Source: Selaginella moellendorffii
Taxonomy: Eukaryota > Plantae > Lycopodiophyta
Length of the DNA: 64,000 bases
Direction of reading: 5' to 3'
NCBI RefSeq assembly: GCF_000143415.4
Contig: NW_003314261.1
Location: 3,774,880 to 3,838,879 of the forward strand
In this document: positions 50,520-63,986 of the stretch, piece by piece
How positions within the stretch are numbered: position 1 is the first letter of the stretch
How the letters are laid out: each line of letters opens with the position of its first letter
Position numbers and translations under genes: made by a program
Notes under the pieces: generated by a model
Seen by the model: only the letters and a program-made list of their open reading frames with translations
What the model was told of the DNA's origin: nothing
The model's database searches: none

Positions 50520-50895
50520 ATGCTCCAAGAGAGGGGCAGCAGAGCAGCCAAGAAGCCCAGGAGCAGCAGAGCAGCCAAGAAGCCCAAGAGCAGCAAAGCA
50601 GTGACTCAGCAGGCTGAGAAGCAGAATGGCAGTATGAGTGGCCAAGATGCTCGAAGAGAGGAGCAGTAGCAGCCAAGTGAGCGGTGGCAGATAGTAGCGG
50701 CAGAGTTGGCTGAGAAGCCCAGCAGTGGCAAAAGAGCTCCAAGAGAGGAGCAGCAACAGCCAAAGGAGCGGTGGCAAAAGAGCTCCAAGAGAGGAGCTAA
50801 AGGAGCAATAGCAAAAGAGCTCCAAGAGAGGAGCAGCAACAGCCAAAGGAGCGATGGCAAAGCAGCCAAGAGTGGCAGAGGCAGCAAGCCCTAGA
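50520..50895. repeat. Purine-rich tandem repeats (27-bp gagcagcagagcagccaagaagccca.; recurring aaagagctccaagagaggagc units)
   Basis: Visible recurring units downstream of the element F PBS. Confidence 0.8.
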
Positions 50896-51023
50896 GCAAC
50901 AAGATGTAGTCACTTTGAGTGGGAGTCAATGGAGTACCACCAATTTAAATGAGGTTTTTCTTTTTGCAGTTTTTCTCATCAGTTGTATGCATGCTAAGCA
51001 TCTTATGTTTAGGCTTTGTCTTA

Positions 51024-52219
51024 GGGTGGGGTTCCATGCTCCACCCTGGGGGGAAAATTTCCAGGGGGGAGAAATAAACCCCTGGGTTCCATGCCCCCCC
51101 TGGTGACATAGCACCAAAAATGGGGGGGAACTCGGTGTCCCCTCTGTAAATTTCTCCTGGAGCTTGGAACCTGGTAAAATACACAAATAAAATAATGCCA
51201 TGTGGCTAAATTGCCATATCATCTAAAAATATGACCTGCCCTAATTTTGCAGCCGTGTGAGCATGCGAGTTGTTGGAGGGTTTTGGGGGGGATTTTTGCA
51301 GTGATTTGAGAAGGAAGTTTGTAAGAAATGGAGAATTGCTCACCCTCACTTCATCCATGGTTGCAATTTGGCTCTTATTCTAGTTCATCAATAGCTCAAA
51401 TTCATGTAAGTATGAAATTTGTAGTTCTAGAATTTTGCTTGTTTTTCTTAATGTCCAGGGAGGAGAGGGCTCTTCTTTTAGTGCTAGCATGGGATCTATG
51501 CCAAATGCAATTATGATCCAGGTATTTTTCATTTTCTCTTTGGTTTTTTTCTTTTGTTTAGTAAAATTTTGCAATGGTTTTTAGCCTGGCATTCCTACAT
51601 TCAACCCGATGATTGGATTTGTTCCAATTATCCCTACAATGCAAGTTAACTTCAATTCATCGAGCTAGGTATTTTTTTCCAATTGTTTTTCCTACTTTGT
51701 TTTGAATGTATTTTTGCAATAGCAAGGATTTCATGGTGGGGGAATTGGAAATTCCTCTATCACAACTTTATTATCACTACCTCCTCTAGGAACTAGCTCT
51801 TTTGATAACAAGTATTCCAGAGGTACAATAAATATTATTTGTGTTTATGTTTTGATTTCACAACTTGTTTTCTCAGAATGAACCAACTTTGAATGATGAA
51901 CAAAAAGGAAAATGGTCTACTGATGAAAACATGGCTCTTCAGTATGCAAAGAGGATGGAGAAAAAGAAGGATCGAGAAGGCGGTGGCCGTAGAAAATCGA
52001 TGAAAGGACTAGAGAAGTGGTGATGCATTTCTGGCATCTTACATTCACAGTGATTTCGTCGCACACAAAAGCAATATGAGTCACAATGGGATGAGCTTGC
52101 GAAAAAGTGGAGGTAGATTAGCAATTACGAGAACAACATCCCATCAGGGAAACCATCCTACTTTAGTGGTGAGTTTACTACAGGGATGAAGAAGGATGCA
52201 AAGCTTCCTCGTGCATTTG
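51024..52219 (+). mobile_element. Probable PIF/Harbinger-like transposon end with trihelix Myb/SANT-like pseudogene exon (51877-52219)
   Basis: G-rich terminus after TTA with subterminal repeats. Exon reads KWSTDENMAL..AK...EKW..IS...RTQKQYESQWDEL.KKW..I..YE...SYF...LPRAF, with stops. Confidence 0.6.
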
Positions 52220-55093
52220 TGTAAGGAACCAACTCCCCGAGGTGTCGTAGGCTAAAGGATCCCTGAAAGTATGACCGAAATGACAAAGAGTTCATCGGAT
52301 GGGACCAAGTCGAAGATCGAGTCCAAGACCGACTCTGAGACCGAGTTTGAGATAGAGTCCAGGATCAAGTCGGAGGCCGAATCGAAGACTAAGTTCGAGA
52401 CCGAGTTTGAGATAGAATCCAAGATCCAAATCGGGTCCGAGACTGAGTCCGAGGTCGAATCCGAAGTCGAGTCCGAGATTGGGTCTGAGATCGAGTCCGA
52501 GACCGAGTCCAAGTACAAGTACTAATACGGGTCAAGGGGTGAAAGCCCAAAGCATGCGTCTCCCGGGGGGGGGGGCCTCCAGGGGGTTCCAAAAGTATAG
52601 TAGGGATAGTGAGGTCCAAGAACTAGTCTTGAAGGAACTCTTCAGTGGTGCTTCCAAACTGACTTGAGGTTGAGACTAGGGCTGAAAGGCCTTGGATGGG
52701 AGTGAGCATGGACTCGGGTGGTGCCGGAGGGGCCACCCAAGGAAGTGCTCAAGAGCAGCTCCCACTCCCGAAAGGGAAACCGATTGTGGTGCTCCCAGCT
52801 CTTGTGGAGTGGTGCCCCACTTAAGTACCTTGTGGCTCATTGGTCCTTGCCCTTCCTAGAGGCTTGGGCCTTCCCTTTGGGATGGAAGTGGGGGGGTAGA
52901 GGTACCCATACTGGGCCGTTAGGCCACGGTGTTTTGCCCCGGTGTCCCAAAGCAAGTGTTGCATCGAAGGCTTAGGATTTAGAGGGTCCCATGATCAAGT
53001 CTTATTGTACCAAAGGATGTTAGGAACCTGGAGGCTTGGTGTATTTTGCTGCTTGTGCTTGCGGGGAATGTAGTCGAACCTTAAGTCCAGTCTAACCTAG
53101 AGAGGGGGATTGGGAGAGATTTGGTAATCTGTGAATGGATGGTTAACACTCCGTTGCTCGTGTAGTGAGTAGCTGAAATAGAGTAGCACCAAGTATGAGC
53201 TGGTACAATAGGCAGGAACCTTGGCGAGGGAACTTAACAAAAGCCAAGGCAGTGTTGGTCGGATAAACGAGGTAAGCTGGCAAATTGGAAAGGAAAAATT
53301 TCTGGCATACAATTTGGTATTGGAGCTTTTTCCTTAGTTTTAGCGAAGGATAGAGGCGGATTGCTAGGAGATGGCAAAGGTAGGGCAGAAATGAACCAAG
53401 GCAGAGACAGAACCCCTACCAGAGCTGGAGCCTTCGGTAGAACAAGAGGCTATAGATGAGGAATCCTTGCATGAGGAGGACTCTAGTAAGGAAACTTCCA
53501 AATAGAAGTCATTCGGTCATCCAAGGCTTGATTGGACGTTCTAGAAGGACAATTGGCACAGACCAATGCCTTGCTGGAGACTCTCGTATGCAAGCTAAAG
53601 CGTGACGAGAAGTGGAAGAAAAAGCAAAAGACTGCAGATGCTGGTAGCGTAGAAGGTGCGAACGCTTCGGTAGGGACTAAGGCAGAACCAAACAAGGTCG
53701 AACAGACCGAAGTGGAATCAGTCCCTCAAGCAGTTCCCAAGTACAAACTAAAGCCCCCACCGGTCTTCAAGGGAGTGAACGACTATAAGGTGGTGGAGGA
53801 TTGGTTTTACGATATGGAGGACTACTTCCAAGCATTGCGGTTACTGAGCTTGAAGAAGGTCCCATGTGCAAAACCATACTTGGCAGATAATGCCAAGTCT
53901 TGGTAGAGAATGACAAAGGCCAATGAAGGACCGGTGGCCACTTGGGAAATGATGAAGGCGAGGATCCGCGTGACGTACGTTCCTCCGAATGCTACTCTGC
54001 ACCTAAGGGATGAGCTGAGTAGGCTGAAGCAGACCAGAACCATTCAAGAGTATGTGAATGGATTTATGGCAAAGAGGATACTGGTCATGGATATGGGTGA
54101 TATGGATGTGTTCCATGCCTTCATATCAAGCTTGCAAACCTAGGCTTGTGGTGAGGTGATGCGGTGGAACCCGACCAACTACAAGGAAGCGTTGGATGCG
54201 GCCATCAAGGTGCATTTCAATGATAACCTGCGAAAGGGGAACATAACGGGGTTGGGGGTCCACATTTAGCAAAGGGGCCAAGCCAAAGGGAATATATAGC
54301 AAAGGGAAATTCAAGAGGAGTTTCTCTAAGAATGAGTCCTCGGGGTTCTTGAAAGGCAAATCCGGTGGCCAGTGAGCGAGTACGTGGGGGAGTCAAGCGA
54401 AAAGAGACAAACCCATGGATAAGAAGGTCAAGTCGTATAGTAGCATGGGAAACAACATATGTGAAGCGGGACACTTTTCGAGGGAATGTCTCTACCCGAA
54501 GAAGGCCAGAGCCAATATAGCCATCAAGTCGGGTGAAGTCCAAACTGAGGTATGTGATCCAGTCCCTAACTCAAAGTTACTTATTACACGAGCAACTTTG
54601 GTAGAGAGTCGTTCGCGACATCTACTAGCCCTCCGAGGGAAGCTCGGAAGTAGCTTTGTTAAGATTCTTATTGACACGGGTGCTTCAGATAATTTTGTGG
54701 CTGCAGACATAGTCTAGCAAGCTGGACTAATGGTGCAGCGGCTGGGTGAATCAAGGACTATAGAGTTTGTTCAAGGTAGCCAAAGCACTAATGAGGTACT
54801 TCGACAAGCGAGAGTCGAAGTAGGGACATGGAAAGTGGACATGGATTTCACCGTGTTGGACATGGTGGGATTTGACGTGATCTTCGGGATGGATTGGTTC
54901 AATCAATTTGTGGTAGCCTTACATGGACAAGGTAGGAACCTTGTGGTACTAGCGAATGCCCAAGGAAGAAGATCTAGGGTGGAGGCCCAGGATCTGAAGG
55001 TAGACCAAAGCAAGGCCAAAGATTCATGCTTAAACTTGGTGTCCACAAGAGGAAAACTCATCAAAGGAACTAAGGCAGCATTTTTGTGTTTAC

Positions 55094-55767
55094 TATAGCG
55101 CATGTGATTATATGATGAGATTTGGATATACTGTCACCGTGGATCCTTGGAACCTTGGGAGATAAATGGGGATAAAATAGCCATTAAGGGCTCTCTCATC
55201 AAGCAATTGCCCCTTTTTCAGTTAGCTTAAAGGGAGAGAGATAGGGTGCGCTATAGTTGGTATCGGAGCAAATGGCACGAGTTCGATTCCCATTCATTAG
55301 TGGCTACTTAAAAATATAATATACCCTTGAGCAAGGTATATTCCTACCCTTAAATTTGAAATTGTACGTATTGGGCATCCATGCATACGTCCTTTCTTTT
55401 GTGTGGAGTATCCATGGACGAAGGTATTCACCGTGGGACTGCGGTACGAGTGGATGACTAGTTGCCTCACATGAAATAACTAGTCTACACAATGGAAAGA
55501 TTGGTAGATTCAGTGTGGAAATGGAGGTGCTAGTTCTCTTTGGCTTAGTAGGGGTTGTTAGTCAATAGTCAATGAGGACATTGACATCTTTGAAGGGGGG
55601 GTGAGTGTAGCACATGTGATTATGGGATGAGATTTGGATATACTGTCATTGTGGATCCTTGGAACCTTGGGGGATAAATGGGGATAAAATAGCCACTAAG
55701 GGCTCTCTCATCAAGCAATTGCCCCTTTTCCAGTTGGCTTAAGGGGAGAGAGATAAGGTGCGCTACA
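55094..55767 (+). mobile_element. TRIM copy 2, 674 bp, inserted between the protease and RT regions of family B copy 2
   Basis: 162-bp LTRs 55094-55255 and 55606-55767; TSD tttac/cttac (empty site cttac in the other B copy); PBS and PPT present. Confidence 0.95.
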
Positions 55768-57846
55768 CTTACTCTCAGTGAAGAGTGACAAAAAGACAGG
55801 AACAGAAGAAGTACCTTTAGTAGGTGTTGGACCAATTCCAGGATACCATGCTGGAGGAGCTACTGGCGGGGTTGCCCACCGCACGACCGATAAAACATAA
55901 GATTGAGCTGGTCGAGGGTGCTGAGGCGGTGGTTCATCCCCCCTATCGTTTGAGCAAAAAAGAACTCAAGGAGCTCAAGTGCCAACTAGAGGAGTTGGTG
56001 GACAAAGGGTATGTTAGATTAAGCAAGTCGCCGTATGGGGCACCGGTGTTATTTGTGAAAAAGAAAGATGAATCTATGCGTATGTGCATAGACTACCAGT
56101 TGCTCAACAAGTATACAAAGAAGAACAAATACCCTTTGCCAAGGATTGAGAACCTGTTCGCTAGGTTGGGAAAGGCAAAATACTTCTTGAAGATTGACCT
56201 AAGGTCAAAATACTACCAGATTAGGGTAGCCGAGGAAGATGTCGAGAAAACAACCTATCGAACAAGGTATGAGAGCTTTGAGTTTCTGGTGATGCCCTTC
56301 GGGCTATGCAATGCGCTGGCAACATTTTCGGCATTGATGAACCACATCTTTGTACCCTATCTGGATCACTTTATGGTCGTCTATATTGACAACATCCTAA
56401 TCTATAGCGAAATGCTAGAGGAGTATGTAGAAAACTTAAAGAAGGTGTTTGAGAAACTAAGGGAATACCAGTTATATGCTAAAGAGAGCAAATGTGACTT
56501 TGCTCAACAAGAGGTAAAGTTTTTCAGGCATATGGTGGGCAAAGACGGGCTCAAGGTGGACCCTAAGAAGGTCCAAGCGATCCAAGATTAACAGCGACCA
56601 TCGAACGTACACACATTCTTGGGGCTATATAACTACTACCGAAAGTTTATCAAACACTAAAGGGAAGATGGTATGGACAATGGAATGCAAGGTAGCATTT
56701 GTCCAGCTCAAAGGGAAGTTGAGGAAGGCTCCTGTGTTGGCGTTACTAGACTTTCGTAAGGACTTTGAGGTAGAAACGGATGCTTCGAACTTTGTGTTGG
56801 GCGCAGTTTTGAAGCAAGATAACCATCCAGTAGCATTCTTCTCGAAGAAGTTGGACAAAGCTCAACGGAAGTGGCGTGCCTACGAGAAGGAATTGTTTGC
56901 GGTGGTCAAGGCACTCAAGGAGTGGCAACACTACTTTGGGAGACACTTCAAGATTTACACGGACAATGTGGCAACGAAACACTTCTTATCACACCCGACC
57001 TGAGAGGGAAACAGGGTCGGTGGGCTAATGCCTTGGCTGAGTTTGATTATGAGATTCTGTACAAGCCTGAGAAGAGCAACATCGTGGCAGATGTGCTAAG
57101 TCGAAAAGCAAGCTTGAAGTTAGCGATATCCAGCACAATAGCAACCTTTTGGGATGATGTGCGGACAGCATATGAGAATGATGGTCTAGCACAAGAAGTG
57201 TTGCTGAGGAATCTAGAGGCACGGGAAGCTCACCAGAGAGGTGAGTTACCAACGGAAGAGAAAATAGGCTATATGGAACGCAATGGACTCATCTATTACA
57301 AGCAAACAAGGGTGTATGTTCCAGATTGGGAACTAAGGAAGGTAGCCTTAGAAGAGTGTCATGACAGACCTCTTGTGGGACACGGCGGAGTGCCCAAGAT
57401 GATGGGCTTACTCAAGAGGAAGTATCACTGGCCAGATATAGCTAAGGATGTCCAAGACTATGTAAAGACATGTCCAACATGTCAGTAGGTAAAAGCCGTG
57501 ACTAAGGCTAGTGGAGGCTTGTTACAAAGCATCCCAATTCCAGATCATCCGTGGAAATGTCTTACGATGGACTTCATCATGGGACTCCCCCCAAGCGAGG
57601 GGTTCGATGCGATATTCATGGTGGTGGACCAATTTTCGAAGATGGCACATTTCATACCCACCACAACGGAAGTGGATGTGGAAGGTGTGGCGAAGCTATT
57701 CTTTGAACAAGTGGTTCGAGTGCGGGGAAGGCCCAAAGAGATTATCTCAAATCGAGACAAGATCTTCACCAGTAGGTTCTAGAGAACTCTCCTAGAACAG
57801 TATCGCACCAAGTTGAAATTTAGCACAGCCTATCACCCACAAACAG

Positions 57847-57893
57847 GTATTGGGTATTAAGTTAAGTTTGATGGCACTAACACTTCTTGATAG
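57847..57893 (+). other. Putative intron 1 (47 nt), family B copy 2
   Basis: caaacag|GTATTG...CTAAC...ttgaTAG|acgga; spliced STAYHPQTDGQTERVN. Confidence 0.85.
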
Positions 57894-58311
57894 ACGGACA
57901 AACAGAAAGGGTGAATAGGCAGCTAGAGGATTATTTGCAATGCTATGTCTCGGGAGACCAGACTGATTGGGTAAGTCATTTAGGACTTGCGAAAATGTGT
58001 TATAACAACTCACTATATTCGAGTTTCGGGGTGAGTCCATGGGAAGTCATCAATGGGCGAGCTATTGAAGGTCCTGTGGAACTCAGCGTGGCCAAGTATC
58101 ATGGAGAGTTACCCATGGTGGAGGCATTCACGGTAGAAAAACTCAACATTTGGAATCTAGTGAGGGATTCCTTGGAACGGGCTCAACAAATGCAAACCAA
58201 GTACGCAAACCAAAAGCGCCGGGATGTAGAGTTCCAAGCTGGGGAGAAGGTGTGGCTGAACACCAAGAACATCAGGCAAACAAGTGGGATCAGCCGGAAG
58301 TTGACCCAAAG

Positions 58312-58363
58312 GTAAAAATGCATGTATTCCTGTAAATGAATTGATCTTGAGCTCCTTAAGTAG
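58312..58363 (+). other. Putative intron 2 (52 nt), family B copy 2
   Basis: cccaaag|GTAAAA...aagTAG|gttc; spliced RKLTQRFTRPYEIEARIG. Confidence 0.85.
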
Positions 58364-60117
58364 GTTCACGAGGCCTTACGAAATTGAGGCACGAATCGGT
58401 AAAGTGCCTTACCGTCTCCAACTTCCTCAAGAGATGGGGAAGATGCACCCAGTGTTCCACGTGAACTTACTCAAGCTGTATTTTGAGGATCTACTTCACA
58501 AGGACCAAGTAAGACCTTTACCTGAGGTTATCCAAGGGGAAGAGGAATACGAAGTTGAAGCCATCCTCAATGCGCACAAGAGCAAGCGACAAGGACGCGA
58601 GGTGAGAGAGTTCCATGTGAAGTGGAAAAGATTTCCACACTGTGAAGCAACATGGGAACTGGAGGAGAACCTAGCGAACACGCAAGATCTAGTGGAGGAA
58701 TTTCTGCAAGGCAGAACTCTATGTACTTATGCAAAGTTCAATTATAATATCAATTTGCGAAGTTGAGCAGTGGCATATATTAGGACCCAAAGGAGCGCCG
58801 AAGGTAAACTAATTAGCATGGGTTAGCTAGGTCAACCAGGCGTAAAGAACTACGCCCGACTCCCCACAGGGATGTCGAATCCGTAGACATATTCTACGGA
58901 GTTTGGGTTCGAGTCCCAACCCCCTAGTAAAGCAAGGCTGTCTTGACCCCATACTAGGGCGTGGTAAGGTGAGGGGTATAGGGACACCTATATTCTGTTG
59001 TCATGGGCTCTTGGCCTGGGAGGCTAACTTAGGCACACCACTAAGTGCCCCGGAGACATGGTTAACAAGTTGTAGGATAAAAAGAGACATTTGATGTGGG
59101 CATCAAACTTCTTCTATGGGTGGTGGAGTTGTAAGGAACCAACTCCCCAAGGTGTCGTAGGCTAAAGGATCCCTGAAAGCATGACCGAAATGACAAAGAG
59201 TTCATCGGATGGGACCAAGTCAAAGATTGAGTCCAAGACCAACTCTGAGACCGAGTTCGAGATAGAGTCTAGGATCAAGTCCGAGGCCAAATCGGAGACC
59301 GAGTTCGAGACCGAGTTTGAGACAGAGTCCGAGATCCAAATCGGGTCCGAGACTGAGTCCAAGGTCGAGTCCGAAGTCAAGTCCAAGATCGGGTCCGAGA
59401 TCGAGTCCGAGATCAAGTTCGAGATTGAGTCCGAGACCGAGTCCGAAGTTGGGTCCGAGATCGAGTCCGATATCAAGTCCGAGACTGAGTCCGAGTAATA
59501 ATATGGGTCAAGGGGTGAAAGCCCAAAGCGTGCATCTCTCGAGGGGGGGGGGATGTAGGGGGTTCCAAAAGTATAGTAGGGATAGTGAGGTCTAAGAACT
59601 AGTCTTGAAGGAACTCTTTAGTGGTGCTTCCAAACTGATTTGAGGTTGAGACTAGGGCCAAGAGGCCTTGGGTGGGAGTGAGCATGGACTCAAGTGGTGC
59701 CAAAGGGGCCACCCAAGGAAGTTCTCAAGAGCAGCTCCCACTCCCAAAAGCGAAACCGACTGCGGTGCTCCCGGCTCTTGTGGAGTGGTGCCCCACTTGA
59801 GTACCTTGTGGCTCATTGGTCCTTGCCCTTCCAAGAGGCTTGGCCCTTCCCTTCGGGATGAAATTTTTTGGGGGGGGGGGGGGGGGGAGGTTGTCAAGAC
59901 CCCCAACAAGATCAAGACTGGAAAATGCTAAAGACAAAGAGAAAAAGCTAGTGAAAACAAAGAAGAGGCCTTAGACTGGTGTTGATTCAGATTGTGGAGA
60001 AATGGAACAAGGCTAACCTATATATACTATAGGTTGATGAAGCTCCACCACTCTTGGATCGAGGACAGCCTAAATACAGCTGAGGTCGAGGAGGCGCCAC
60101 ATCATCATCAGGAATGT

Positions 60118-60213
60118 GGCTCGAGACTCAGGAATCGGGAAGTGTCTCGAGAGTCAGGAATAGGGAAGTGTCTCGAGAGTCAGGAATAGAGAAGTGTCTC
60201 GAGAGTCAGGAAT
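60118..60213. repeat. 24-bp tandem repeat (gaagtgtctcgagagtcaggaat..) in the element G LTR
   Basis: Three to four visible units. Confidence 0.85.
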
Positions 60214-60251
60214 GTGGCAAGAATTGGGGGATTCCTGACAGCACCCCCTCC

Positions 60252-63200
60252 TCAAGAACGAGTGGAACGAGGATGTGAATGAGAACGAAGAGAAGGATGA
60301 GATGAGCGGCGAGGGATGGGAGATGGAGAAAAAGAATGAGGACTGGGACGAGAAGGATAGCGGCGGTGGAAGTCCTGAACAAGGTCAGGAGAATGAATCA
60401 GGTTGTCCGCAGGTTCCCAAGTGCGTTCCTCAGGTCCGTAACCCTTCCAGTCCACCAGATAGTAGAGTTTAGATCGTGAAATCTTGGAATCAAGGATGTC
60501 CTGAACCTCGTACTCAGACCCATCCTCGAGCTGCACTGGTGGAGGCGGAGGAATGACCCGATTTGGAATAGGACTGGGAATATAAGGCTCAAGGAGAGAG
60601 GAGTGAAAAACGGGGTGAATTTGATATGAGGAGGGAAGTGCAAGGCGATAAGTGACAGGATTAATGATGGCAGTGATAGGGAAAGGACCAAGGCGTTTGA
60701 AATCGAGTTTTGGACAGGGCCTGGTGGTGGAGATATTTCACCTGAGGAGCCAGACTTTATCCCCGATATTGTAAGGGGGACAATCCTGACGATGGACATT
60801 GGCAAATGTTTTATGAGATTCCTGAGCACGATGGAGGTGGAAGGAGATGGAGTTGTGGATTTCCTGAAGGTTGGAGAGAAATGATTCAGAGCAGGGATTT
60901 GAACGAGAGGATTCAGATGGAGAAGGAAGTGAGAGATTGAATCGGGGATTTCGGCCAGAGTTCGCAAAGAAGGGGGAAACTCGAAGAGAGGAGTGAACAG
61001 AGTTGTTATAGGAGAACTCAGCAAGGGGAAGGATATCGAACCAGTTATCCTGATGATAGTTGATGAAGCACCTCAAGAATTGTTCCAATGTCTGAATCGT
61101 TTGCTCGGACTGCCCATCAGTTTGAGGATGATATGCCGAAGAGAGGTTGGCCTTCACTCCAAGCAACTGCAAAAACCGTTGCCAGAAATGAGAGATGAAC
61201 TGAGGCCCCCGATCCGAAACCACATCTGTAGGAATCCCATGAAGTCGGAAAATTTCCCTGAATACCAGTTTTGCCATGTCCTCGCCCGAAAACTCCTTGG
61301 TACATGGCAAGAAGTGCGCCATCTTTGTGAAGCGATCCACCACGACTAAAATGCTGTTGAAGCCTCCAGAACTCGGAAGATCACTCAAGAAATCCATGGA
61401 GATGGATTCCCAAGGACCTGAAGGGACCGGAAGGGAACGAAGCAAACCTGAAGGAAGGTGGCGAGGTACCTTATTCCGGGCACAAGTGTCACAGGAGGTA
61501 ACAAAAGCTTTGATGTAGTCGTCCATGTGAGGCCACCAAAAGTCCCGTGCAACTAGCTCATAGGTTTTCGCAATGCCGAAGTGACCAGCAGTCGGGCTAT
61601 CGTGGCACGCCATCAGGATCAACCTTCGAGCATCACCTTCAGGAACGTAAAGCTGCTCCCCACGGTACAATAAGCCATCTAAGAACTCGAACTCGTCAAA
61701 CCGCCAGCAGTCGGGAGTCACTGGGTGTCCAGCCTGAAGATGGGGAAAAATGTCGCTAGCGAGATCATCGGATTGAAGATCGTTTCTGATTGCATCCATC
61801 AAGGAGGAGTCCTGAGGGGCCAGGGAAATTGCCATAACTTGAAGCCGATCAGGACCGAGGATAACTTGATCCTGTTGATCGAAGGCAGGATTACCAGGCC
61901 TGAGACTGAGATAGGAGCGCCTTGAAAGAGCATCAGGAAGGCCTTGAAACTTTCCAGGTCTGTACTTGATAACAAAGTCAAACCGACTCAGGAATTGTGC
62001 CCACCTTGCTTGACGACGGCTTAAAACTCGGGAAGTGGCAAAGTACTCGAGATTTTTGTGATCCGTCCAGACTGTTGTTTGATGGCTCGCCCCCTCCAAG
62101 AAACGGCGCCACTCTCCAAAGGAATCCACGATGGCAAGAAGCTCCTTGTCGTGGATTTTGTAATTGATCTCCGCAGGCTGGAATTTCCGAGAATGGAAAG
62201 CGACCGGATGAAGTTCGTGATCCGCTCCAAGTTGAGATAGCACAGCACTAATGGCAAAGTCGGAGGCGTCAGCCTCGATGAAGAAAGGTTGTGAGGAATC
62301 AGCATGGATCAAGACAGGAGCAGAACTGAAGGCCGCCTTGAGTGTGTCGAAAGCCTGCTGGGCAGCAGCAGACCAAGAGAAGGGAACATCCTTGCGAGTG
62401 AGATGTGTGAGAGGAAGGACAATGTCAGAGTAGTGATCAATGAATTTGCGGTAGAAGTTGGCGAAGCCAAGGAAAACCTGAACGTCTGACATTGATTGTG
62501 GAGGCTCCCATTCGAGAATAGTCTTGACTTTTGCAGGATCCATCGTGATACCCTCAGGAGTGACAATGTACCCAAGGAACTCCACAGACTGCTGATCAAA
62601 GGAACATTTCTCAAGCTTCGCGTATAGGCCGTGTTCTCGCAGCTTCGCTAGCACCTTGCGAACATGTTCGTCATGCTCCTCCTGAGTTTTTGAGTAGATG
62701 AGGATGTCATCGAGGTAGACGATCACCATCTGATCAAGAAACTCCCGAAAAACGTCGTTCGCCATGTGTTGGAAAACCGCTGGAGCATTTGTCAAGCCAA
62801 ATGGCATGACAGTGTACTCGAAGTGGCCATAGCGGGTTCGGAACGCAGTCTTCCATTCATCACCAGGCTGGATCCGGATCAGGTTGTATGCTCCACGGAG
62901 GTCGATCTTGGTGAAGAAGCGGGCACCGCCGAGGCATTCCAACAGGTCCGAGATCAGGGGCAGCGGATAACGGTTCCGAACAGTCACCTTGTTCAAACCT
63001 CGGTAGTCGATGACTAGCCGCAAGCTCCCATCCTTCTTCTTGACAAAGAAGACAAGCGCTCCAGCCGGGGACTGCGAATGCTGAATGTAGCCCGAGGCAA
63101 GATTCTCATCCACGTACTCTTTGAGGGCCTTAAGCTCGGACGGGGATAACCCGTAGATAGGCCCCCACGGAGGTGACGCTCCTTCCTGTAAATCAATGGG

Positions 63201-63986
63201 ACAATCATAAGGCCGATGAACAGGCAGTACACTAGCTTTTTTCTTGTCAAACACATCCCCAAAATCATGATACTTCTCAGGAAGACTGACAGGAGAAACA
63301 TGCAAAGCAAAAAGAAAAAGAGGTTCTTCATGAAGGAGTTCTTTCATAGTGATTGTGGAGATAGGAGGAGGAGTATGACTAAATGGAATGATGAGACGAG
63401 GATACTGTCCAGTGTAAGATGGAAGAGAGAAAAAAGAAGAGGATGAAAACTGCGTAGAGTCAGGAACAGAACCCCAACTTGAGTTTAGGGAACTTTTCCT
63501 GATTCGGACTCGATGAACACCAGGGGAAGCCGTGGGAGATGGTGATGTGGGAGAGATGAGCTGTAAGTCCTTCCAACAAATCTGAGGCTGATGTAGTTGG
63601 AACCAAGGAAGACCGAGCACCACAGAGGAAGACTTGCTGTTGATGATGTTGAAGGCGATATTGGTGACGGTGGACCCGATGTGTACTCGAACGGGCAACG
63701 TTTCCCTAAGTCCAGAAGATGGAGACACAAAATGCCCGCCGATGCCTTCAACCCTTAGATCCCGTATGGTAGGAGAAAGAGGAACGTGATGTCGGGCAGC
63801 AAAGTCCGTGTCCATGAAGCAGGAAGTTGCACCCGAGTCTAGTAGCACCAAAGCCTTGAGTCCTGATTGTCCGGTGAAAGAAAGGAGACATGGGACGCGG
63901 AAGTTGCGGGAATTGGTGGTGGCTTTGATGAAAGGTGGTGAGGAGCTTGATAAGGAAGAAAAGTGATTTTTATTTGGGGAGTCCAA
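60252..63986 (-). CDS. Pol polyprotein of element G (PR-RT-RH-IN-chromodomain) with one in-frame TGA at 60738-60740; frame open to the window end
   Basis: LLDSGAT, YLDDILI, EADASD, GHFG...CDTC, MDFLSDLP, SDRGPQF, LGPF, EYEVQDIL...YLVDWKGY...TWEP; ORFs 60738-63986 and 60252-60536 share a frame. Confidence 0.92.

Larger units (their letters stand above)
53371..58766 (+). pseudogene. gag-pol of family B copy 2
   Basis: Same domains as 22693-27382, with many nonsense codons; RT YIDNILI; chromodomain ~58545-58705. Confidence 0.93.
52220..59891 (+). mobile_element. Family B chromovirus, second copy; contains a TRIM; 3' LTR interrupted by element G
   Basis: 5' LTR 52220-53311; PBS 53315-53326; gag-pol 53371-58766; PPT 59118-59129; 3' LTR from 59130; left flank atttg. 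Confidence 0.95.

Noticed and set aside
50268-50846. Hydrophobic Leu-rich 192-aa ORF (env-like?)
   Set aside because: Translation of the antisense strand of purine-rich tandem repeats; crosses the PBS/LTR boundary
59863-59888. Long T/G homopolymer run (G-quadruplex candidate)
   Set aside because: The sister LTR has only a short G run here; likely slippage or sequencing error next to an insertion site
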